From: the human T2T-CHM13v2.0 reference genome, Homo sapiens | Length of the DNA stretch: 64,000 bases | NCBI RefSeq assembly: GCF_009914755.1 | Contig: NC_060941.1 | Direction: 5' to 3' (one strand) | Part shown: positions 40,243-64,000 of the stretch, in pieces | Layout: each line of letters opens with the position of its first letter | Position numbering within the stretch: position 1 is the stretch's first letter | The notes under the pieces: model-generated | Seen by the model: the letters and a program-made list of their open reading frames with translations, nothing else | What the model was told of the DNA's origin: nothing | The model's database searches: none | Program-made: the position numbers and the translations under genes

Positions 40243-41815
40243 GAGTGTCAAGAAAGGCCTCACTGGGAAGGTGATATCTGAGCAAAGTTTGAAGGAGGTA
40301 AGGAAGCAAGTCACAAGGGGCTCTGGCAGGAAGAGTGATGCAGGGAGCGGGCAGAGCAAGTGCAAAGGCCCTGAGGTGGGAGAACGTCTGGTGTGTATGA
40401 GGATCATCCATTTGACAGACTTGCCAGAGATTTTATAGAGAAGTGAGTCAGGGAGGAGAAGAGTAGATGAGCGATGGGGGAAAATGTGAGCCTTGTTGGC
40501 TGTTATTAAGGATTTGTTTTTACTCTGAGTCAGAGATGCAGACTTTGAAGGGGTTGGAGCAGAGGAATGACATAACCTGACATATGTTAACTGTAACGGT
40601 GTGGCTTTTGTGTTGTGAATTTGATGAAACAAGCTGGAAACAGAGAGTCTAGGTAAGAAGCTGCTGTCATATCCAGGTGAGAAATGAGGTGGTCAGAAGT
40701 GTTGTGATTCTGGATATATTGTGAAGGTAGAGCAGACAGAATTTCGCTGATAAATTGCTTGCGGGTTTCATGAAAAAAATAGTTCTTCTAGTCCCCAAAA
40801 TAAACTAAACATTGAGCATTTTCTATAAATTGCTGACTCCCTAGAAAAACAACTCTAACCCTGATGTTTGCAATGCTGACGCCTGGGTAGGTCATGACCT
40901 TTCGTGCATATGAAAATCATGTGAGAAAAGCGCTGGGTTTTGCCATCATGAGTAGACTGATAAAAACGTGCTCACAATGGTAATCTTGGAGAATTTCCCT
41001 TTCAATACTTGTTGTGGTTTTAGTTTGGCAAGCCTGTCCTTCTAAAGCCTGATTTATTTGCCAGGTCTTGGCAAGCAATCTTCTTTTCTTTCCTAAATGC
41101 TTCTGTCCCTGAGACCCCTTTCACTGTTGACAATGATCGTTTCCCTCTTCCGCCACATTTTCCGCAAATTCTTACCCTCTCCTAGAACCGCTACTGGTCA
41201 GGACTTTTTTTTTTTTTTTTTAAGCTAGGAACAAGAGAAAGCACGCTCGTGCCACCAGTTCTCCATGAGATTCTTCCAGACCATACAGAAAGACAAGTGA
41301 TTGGAACATATGAAGGTTGAAAGGGAAAGAGAACTGTCATTATTGGTAAATGACATGATTGTCTACTTTAAAAATCCAAGAGAAACAGCCCCTCCTGGGC
41401 TCAAGTGATCCTCCCGCCTCAGCCTCCTGAATAGCTAGGACTACAGGCATGCACCACCACACTAGTTAAACATTTTACTGTGTAGAGAACAGATCTCACT
41501 ATTGTTCCCCAGCCTAGTCTCAAACTCCTGGCCTCAAGCAATCCTCCCACCTCAGCCTCCCAAGGTGCTGGGATTACAGGTGTGAGCCATCATGCCCAGC
41601 CTGTGTTCTCTTCGATAATTTTTATAGTTTCAGCTTTGATGTGTGTCTATGATCATTATGAATTAGATTTTTTCATATATATACAGTTGTTCCAGCACCA
41701 TTTATTGAAAATACTTTTCTCCATTTAATTATTTCTACCTATATAGTTGATAGAATTCATCAGAGACGTCATCTGAAACTGGATATTTTCTTTGTTGAAA
41801 GATTTTAAATTGTGA

Positions 41816-42196
<381 letters not shown>

Positions 42197-42274
42197 TAGC
42201 CAGGATGGTCTCGATCTCCTGACCTTGTGATCTGCCCGCTTCGGCCCCCCAAAGTGCTGGGATTACAGGCGTGA

Positions 42275-42862
<588 letters not shown>

Positions 42863-43194
42863 TGATCTGCCCACCTTGGCCTCCCAAAGTGCTGAGATTA
42901 CAGGAATGAGCACTGTACCTGGCCAACACTGGCAATTTATGTCTTCACACTTTTTTTCTATCAATTTTATCAATTTTATTGATCTTTTCAGAAACAGTTT
43001 CTGGTATAATTAATTTTCCTTGTTTGTTTATTTCATTGACTTCCGCTCTTATTTTCTTCATGTTTGTACATTGGATATAAACATCTTTTTCTGGTCTCTT
43101 AAGGTAGAAGCTTAGATTCTTTGATTTTTGGCCCTTTCTCTTTTTCTAGTATAAGCAATGAATGTTGTAAAATTTCATCTAAGCATTGTTTTGA

Positions 43195-43425
<231 letters not shown>

Positions 43426-44125
43426 TAGCCAGGATGGTCTCGATCTCCTGACCTCGTGATCCACCTGCCTCGGCCTCCCAAAGTGCTGGGATTACAGGCG
43501 TGAGCCACCGCGCAGGGCCCTCATTTTCATTCAGTTAAAAATATCTTCTAATTTATGGTTTCTTTTTTGATCCATAGGTGATTCAGAGGTATATTGTTTA
43601 ATTCCAAAATATTTGGATTTTTTTTTCCACTTTTTTTGTTATTGATTTAATATATTTAATATTTAATTCCATTTTGATCTTAGAAAATGTATTATTTTTA
43701 GCTTTAAACATTTATTGAGGGCTTCCAGTTCCAGGTAAAATGATGGAAACACATTCCATCCTTTCTGTCCCATTGAATACAACTCTAAAATGTGGGTAGA
43801 ATATATGCATCAGCTTATTGAAAACCCTGAAAAATGAATTGTAACATGTTTGTCATAGAAAAACACCAGAATTTGAAGTATCACTGAACTGGCAGCAAGT
43901 TTACCATTTTTTCTTCTATGGTTCCCCAACCTGAGTTCAGCATGGCCAAAATTCTGGAAATGAACACTGTGGCATGGATAGAGGGAGCTCCAGGAAATGC
44001 TTTCTAGGCCTGGCTTGAGGAACTCCTAACACTCACAGGAAATACAGAAATCTCCTGTGGACTTTTCCCCCCTTTCTTTTCTTTTTCTTTTTTTCTTTTT
44101 TTTTTTTTTTTTTTTTTTTTTGTGA

Positions 44126-44224
<99 letters not shown>

Positions 44225-45004
44225 TGAGAAGCTGAGACTACAAGCGCATGCCACCACACCCAGCTAATTCTTGTGTTTTTAGTAGAGTCAGGGTTTCACC
44301 ATGTTGGCCAGGATGGTCTTGATCTCCTGACCTTGTGATCCGCCCACCTCGGCCTCCCAAAGTACTGGGATTACAGGTGTGAGCCACCACGCCCGGCCTC
44401 CCCCTTTCTTTTCTTGTGCCATGTCCATGGTCAATCTCATGGCAGCAATGGCAGCACTGGGATGACTAGGGCCAGAAGAGGCCAAAACTTTAAGGGAGAA
44501 GAACCTTCCTCTCTGTGTAAGGGAGCTGCAGTTCCAATAAATTGAGAATGCCTTTGTGTTGTTATTGTTTTTTTTTTTCTCTGTGCCCTTCCTCCATTTA
44601 GACGAGTTTCTCACGATAGAGCCAAAAAGAAGAGCTGCAGGAAACCAGAGAGTACCAGGGAGACCATGAAGATATGTATGCTTGGGAAAGCTACACTGTA
44701 AAGCTGTTGATGAGCTCCAGGGCTGACCACTGAGCCGTGATTGTAAGGATCTCACCCTAATTAGCATCCTAAAGACTTTCAGATCTAAACTCACGAACAA
44801 ACTACCGCTCATGCCGCACACTAACCAGAGTGGCACACAGTCATGACAGACCTAAAGAGATCTAAAAAAAAAAACAGAAGAGAACATAACATATCAAAAG
44901 GCTTTAGAACTGAACTGACATTGGAACCATACCCTACAGAGGTGTGTTGGAACACACAGCCTCAACCTAACCAGGTCAATTGCCTGCTAAACAAAAATAT
45001 CAAC

Positions 45005-46305
45005 TGTGGGGAAAAGAAAGAGAGATCAGACTGTTACTGTGCATACGTAGAAAGAAGTAGACATAAGAAACTCCATTTTGTTCTGTACTAAGAGAAATTC
45101 TTCTGCCTTGAGATGCTGTTAATCTGTAACCCTAGCCCCAACCCTGTGCTTGTAGAGACATGTGCTGTGTTGACTCAAGGTTTAACGGATTTAGGGCTGT
45201 GCAGGATGTGCTCTGTTAAAAATGTGTTTGCAGGCAGTGTGCTTGGTAAAAGTCATCGCCATTCTCTAATCTTGAGTACCCAGGGACACAGTGCACTGCG
45301 GAAGGCTGCAGGGACCTCTGCCCAGGAAAGCCAGGTATTGTCCAAGGTTTCTCCCCATGTGATAGCCTGAGATACAGCCTCATGGGAAGGGAAAGATCCC
45401 AGCCCAAAACCCGTAAAGGGTCTGTGCTGAGGAGGATTAGTGAAAGAGGAAGGCCTCTTTGCAGTTGAGATAAGAGGAAGGCATCTGTCTCCTGCTCATC
45501 CCTGGAAATGGAATGTCTCGGTGTAAAACCCGATCGTATGTTCTATTTACTGCGATAGGAGAAAACCGCCTTATGGCTGGAGGTGAGACATGCTGGCGGC
45601 AATACTGCTCTTTAATGCACTGAGATGTTTGTGTAAAGTCAAACATAAATCTGGCCTATGTGCACATCAAGGCACAGCACCTTTCCTTAAACTTATTTAT
45701 GACACAGAGATCTTTGCTCACGTTTTCCTGCTGACCCTCTCCCCACCATTACCCTATAGTCCTGCCACATCCCCCTCTCCGAGATGGTAGAGATAGTGAT
45801 CAATAAATACGGAGGGAGCCGGGCGCGGTGGCTCACGCCTGTAATCCCAGCACTTTGGGAGGCTGAGGCGGGCAGATCACGAGATCAGGAGATCGAGACC
45901 ATCCTGAACACGGTGAAACCCCGTCTCTACTAAAAATACAAAAAATTAGCTGGGCGAGGTGGTGGGTGCCTGTAGTCCCAGCTACTGTGGAGGTTGAGGC
46001 AGGAAAATGGCGTGAACCCCGGGGGGCGGAGCCTGCAGTGAGCCGAGATCGCGCCACTGTACTCCAGCCTGGGCGACAGCGAGACTCCATCTCAAAAATA
46101 AAATAAAATAAAATGAAATAAAATAAAATAGCTACTGAGGGAACTCAGAGACCAGTGCCGGCACGGGTCCTCTGTATGCTGAGCACTGGTCCCCTGGGCC
46201 CACTGTTCTTTCTCTATACTTTGTCTCTGTGTCTTATTTCTTTTCTCAGTCTCTCATCCCACCTGACGAGAAACACCCACAGGTGTGGAGGGGCTGGCCC
46301 CTTCA
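45005..46305 (+). mobile_element. HERV-K(HML-2) solo LTR5 (older A/B type) with an internal AluY (Ye-like) at ~45817-46130
   Basis: tgtggggaaaagaaagagagatcagactgttactgtg... to ...ggggctggccccttca; TSD ATCAAC at 44999-45004 and 46306-46311. Confidence 0.9.
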
Positions 46306-46347
46306 ATCAACAGTCTCTATAGAATTTAAACAAGACCTAGAATCTCA

Positions 46348-46623
<276 letters not shown>

Positions 46624-46629
46624 TCAAAA

Positions 46630-50370
<3,741 letters not shown>

Positions 50371-52170
50371 TAATATGTCATTCATTGTTATTCAATAGAC
50401 TTTTTTTGGATTTTTCTTCCTATACATTCAGCTGTCAAAGACAGTTTTAATTTCAGGTCTCAAAAGTCCAGCCCAGACTAAAGCAAACCTTTTTTTTTTT
50501 TTTTTTTTTTTTTGAGATGGAGCCTCGCTCTGTCGCCCAGGCTGGAGTGCAGTGGCGCGATCTCGGCTCTGCAACCTCCGCCTCCCAGGTTCAGGCAATT
50601 CTGCCTCAGCCTCCCGAGTAGCTGGGACTACAGAAACACACCACCACACCCTGCTAATTTTCTGTATTTTTAGTAGAGACGGGTTTTCACCATGTTAGCC
50701 AGGATGGTCTCAATCTCCCGACCTCATGATCCGCCTGCCTCGGCCTCCCAAAGTGCTGGGATTACAGGCGTGAGTCACCACGCCGGCCGATTTTTTTCTT
50801 AACACTCAGCACCACTGTCTGTCTGTCGGAGGACTGCCTTCACGCCGCTACAGAAGGCAGGAAGTCACAGAATGGATGATAGCCCGTGACTGTTGCGTTC
50901 TGAGGTGTGAGTACTCCAGCTCCCCTGTTCCTAATGGGGGCAACTCTGAGATGTGACCTACACTGTTTCCAATGCTCCCCAGTGGGATTGAGATAGTTAC
51001 ACCACCACCAACAATGCAAGGCTTGCCTTCGAGCACTTCCTGATGAATTCCTTTCCCAAGAACCAAGCTCTCACAGCGAGCTTCAATTGCATGCACGCTT
51101 GCCTTCCTTCCCTTCCTCTTCCTGATTCCCCATTCTCCTGTCCACTTCTCCTAAGAGCACTTTCTAGTGAATCACTTTCATAAGAATCATCTCGGGGACT
51201 GACTGAGAGAAGCCAGGACTGGAGTCCTGGGAGGTTCTGTTCCTCCTTTCTGTTTCTTTTCCTCTTCTCAGTACTCCTCAAGGGCTGGGTCAAGGGAGAG
51301 AAGAATGCAAGGAAACCAGCGCTGCCATCTGTGCTAGTGTGGCAGTCGAGGAGGTCTTCACAGCAAGCATCCGACACTGGCTTTCATGAGGTCTATTGGG
51401 GGTGTCCAGAGACCCCCGCAGGATCTTTTGTGACCCAGCCGTTCACCACCAGTTCCTGCCCAGATGAAAACTGTACACCCACCGCCTCTTACAGCCTCGC
51501 TCTGCCATGCAGTCCTCTTGGGCAGGGTCCTTCCTAGCTGGCTCAAGCCTGACATCTATAGAGTCGCCTCGGCTCACGGGTTCTCTGACATTATGCTGCC
51601 AGACTACCAAGTGCAGCCTGATTGACTGGTGGACGGGGCAACTCCAGCCCAGATGTTTGTCTTCAGACTTCTCCTGTCAAGAAGCAGAGATGAGTCTGTT
51701 TCTTCACAACTGCCACAAAACTCCTGAGGACACAGCCATAGCCTCCACTAAAACTCTTCTTGCCCCTCTCACGTAGCATTCCACAGTGGTCCCAGTGGTG
51801 TCTGCATCTTATAAGGCTACCATCAGGCCTGGCAGGGAGATGCTCGTGTTATCCCCTGGCAGACAACCACTGTCTCTACAAACAGTTCCCTTGCAACTCT
51901 ATTATCTCACTGATAGAGGTTTAAAGAAGCATTCCCCTTCCTGTGGAGGGAAAAAGTGTTGAATCCCTTGCTACACATCTAAGAATTCCCTTGAGGCCGG
52001 GCGCGGTGGCTCACGCCTGTAATCCCAGCACTTTGGGAGGCCGAGGCAGGTGGATCACTTGAGGTCAGGAGTTCGAGACCAGCGTGGCCAACATGGTGAA
52101 ACCCTGTCTGTACTAAAAACACAAAAAGGAGCCAGGCATGATGGCGGGTGCCCGTAATCCCAGCTACTCA

Positions 52171-52380
<210 letters not shown>

Positions 52381-52604
52381 TTAGTTAGTCCTGCCTACAT
52401 GCATCCAGCTTTTCTCTGTTTTAAATGGGCACTTACCAATGATCATTCTCAACTTTGGGAATCTAGCCAAATCTCTATAACAACAGGAAAAGTGTCATTT
52501 AACCTCCCTATTTCTTGTGGTCATGTCACTTTTCTCAGTTCCTTAATTGGGCTTGCCAAGATGTTGTTTACCATATTAGTCTTTTTGGAAAGGGGTTTTT
52601 GTTA

Positions 52605-53630
<1,026 letters not shown>

Positions 53631-54235
53631 GGCCGGGTCCAGCGGCTCATGCCTGTAATCCCAGCACTTTGGGAGGCCGAGGCAGGTGGATCACGAGGTC
53701 AGGAGTTCAAGACCAGCCTGTCCAAGATGGTGAAACCCCATCTCTACTAAAAACACAAAAATTAGCCAGGCGTGGTGGTGGGTGACTGTAATCCCAGCTA
53801 TTCAGGAGGCTGAGGCAGAGAATTGTTTGAACCCGGGAGGTGGAGGTTGCAGTGAGCCAACATCGTGCCACTGCACTCCAGCCTGGGCGACAAGAGCAAG
53901 GCCAATTTATCACTTTTAGAGAGGCGATGTGATCATTGCTGAACCATCACCCAACATTTCTAGTGGGCGGGAAAGCCCCCTCCTGCCCACTCATGCCTGT
54001 CTAACTACCTGTAACAACCCTGGAAACCCAGCATTCTGGGAGGCCGAGGCAGATGGATCGCTTGAGCACAGGAGTTTGAGACCAGGAGGCTCAAACTGGT
54101 CTTGAACCAGAAGGCCTTCTGGTCTTGAACCCAGTTTAGTGAGACCCTATCATTATAAAAAATTTAAAAATTAGCCAGGCGTGGTGGTATGCACCTATAG
54201 TCCCAGTTACTTGGGAGGCTGAAGTGGGAGGATCA

Positions 54236-54403
<168 letters not shown>

Positions 54404-55992
54404 TTATATATATATGTATATATAGCATTTTCTAGATTCTGTGATGTTTCTGGTAGCTCTCTGCTTTTGAAATTTGTGACTTTTTAAATTTAAATAAATG
54501 GTAATTTTTATGCTTAATTTTATATCCATAATTTTGTAATTGTTCTTACAGAGGGCTCCCCAAAATTGTGTACACCTCAGGCCCCATAAAACTTGGAATC
54601 ACTTCTCTGGCTCTAGGAAAAAGTACACCAAGTACAACTAAAATACTGATTATACGACTGGTTTGCACGTCTGGAAAAATTATATTGTCAAGCTTTTTAC
54701 AGTTCAGGAAGACTCAGCAATAAGTTAAAAGAATATGAGGCAAATTTTTTTAATGGAATACTGACTACTTTCAGAAGAAATGAGAGTTGTGCAAGAAAGG
54801 GAATGTAATCAGATTATAGTAGTTGACTCAGCAGTAACCATATTGACACAGATACAACTGATACAAATTTTAAAGTAGTATTTAAATATAAATTGTAGAC
54901 TACATTGGAAGATTTTACCTCGTTTACATGATAGCGACTAAATAATGTCTACAACTCATACGAAGATGAAATATCAGTTTGTGTGTCTTACTTAGAACTG
55001 CAGATGTCAGTACTAGAAGAAACAGCTAGAATCACTGAAAGCAGTTTCTCCAGGCAGCAAGAGGAGCTAAAGGGGGCAGGTCAAGTAACCTAGAGCCCTG
55101 TAAAACTTCTAGTTTTATAGACTTTATACTTCTAGTTTTATAGACTTTATAAAATTTCTACTTTTCTATAAAAATTCTAGTCCTATAAAACTTTAGAGTG
55201 TATTATTACTTCCATAATTTATTTTTTGAGAAAAGATCTCGCTGTCTTACCCAGGCTGCAGTGTAGTGACACAGTCACAGCTCACTGCAGCTTCAATTTC
55301 CTGGGCTCAAACTATCCCCTCATCTCAGCCTCCCAAGTAGCTGGGACTGCAGGGATGCACCACCACATCCAGCTGGGGTGTGTGTGTGTGTGTGTGCATG
55401 TTGTACAGACTGGGTTTCGCCATATTGCCCAGGCTAGTCTCAAACTCCTGAGCTCAGGCGACCCACCACCTCAGCCTCTCAAAATGCTAAGATTATAGGC
55501 ATGAGCCATTGCACCCAGCCTATTTTCACGGTTTTTTAAATTTAATCCCAATCGTGTACATTTTGAAGGGGCAATCCTAGAAAATTTTTCAACTGAAAAG
55601 TGGGAAGTCTTGACCTATCCCAAGCTTATGAGCAAAAAAATTACTTTGAAACATTCTATGTGAAAACAAAGAAACAAAAGTGGTAACTACTTGCCCCCTA
55701 CAGAGAATGATTACATAATGCATGGTACATCCCTACTTTGGAATTCTCTACAGCTGCTAAATCCAAGGAGGTAAAACCTGCCAGGTAATGGCATAGATTA
55801 GACTGGTGTCCACGAGACACTGTGAAGCGGAACAGGCACTATGTAATGACATAATATTGCATCTACTCATGTACACAGGAAGGGCTCTGGCAGGGGACAC
55901 AGGAAAGAGTTGACTCTGGGGAGACGGAGGAGGACTGAGAGGACACTCGTGTGCGTGCGTGTGTGTGTGTCATTTAAAACATTTTTTTACTA

Positions 55993-57769
<1,777 letters not shown>

Positions 57770-58251
57770 CTGGGAGCCAGGCGGACCCTCCAGCCACAGC
57801 CCGGCCGACCCCTTTCCCACCAGTGCCAGCCACTAAGCCTGTCTGCTCCAAGCCCCTTTCCCGTTTCCCTGACCAATGTCCCTCGGGATTAGGGACCAAG
57901 GAGCAGCTGTCTAGGATGCGCGCCTTGCGTCTTCCATGCCCTCCCCTCTCCCTCCTCTTTGCATGCTGTTTCTCAGTTCCCAATAACCAGGCCACACAGA
58001 GATTCAAGCATTTGTTTCTTCTTTCCTACGCCATTGAAGAGGCTGACGATTATAATAATTACAATGAATTACAGAAGGAGGTGGGATCTCAGTCCTCCAG
58101 GGTCAGGGACTCTTAAACTACCTCCTTTCTCTCTTTGCTCAGCTCTTCCCCATACCCCTGTCTCAGTGTTTCTTCCTTTCCTCAAAATCCTCAACAGAGA
58201 AGCCAGAGCTGGGCAGGTGTGGGGTATGGGTTAGCCAGAGGTGTGCTGGGG

Positions 58252-63992
<5,741 letters not shown>

Positions 63993-64000
63993 CTAGGACA

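Noticed and set aside
55100-55195. AT-rich short tandem duplication (acttctagttttatagactttata x2)
   Set aside because: Ordinary slippage duplication with no sign of function.

Overview
Human (primate) genomic DNA from the SLC16A11-CLEC10A-ASGR2 interval (17p13.1, recognised from the encoded proteins). All genes are on the minus strand: the first coding part and CpG-island promoter of SLC16A11 (1-~900), the complete CLEC10A/MGL gene (~31.5-36.9 kb; spliced CDS 951 nt = 316 aa) and the last four coding exons of ASGR2 (58.2-64 kb). The rest is dominated by roughly 60 Alus, L1 fragments, MaLR elements and solo LTRs (two LTR13-like, one LTR5, one LTR12C). Most ORFs in the supplied track are repeat-derived noise. 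Main observations: (1) a nearly complete unprocessed CLEC10A/ASGR-family pseudogene in tandem downstream of CLEC10A (~21.8-29.0 kb; eight recognisable coding-exon remnants); (2) a fossil second neck exon inside CLEC10A intron 5, split by an Alu, whose counterpart survives in the pseudogene; (3) an intronic tract 79/81 identical between gene and pseudogene, suggesting gene conversion; (4) an LTR12C next to a duplicated 135-bp segment with a consensus splice donor, pointing at CLEC10A. There are no prokaryotic-type systems and no CRISPR array. Repeat subfamily names are recognised by eye and need RepeatMasker confirmation. I cannot check whether the pseudogene is already annotated.
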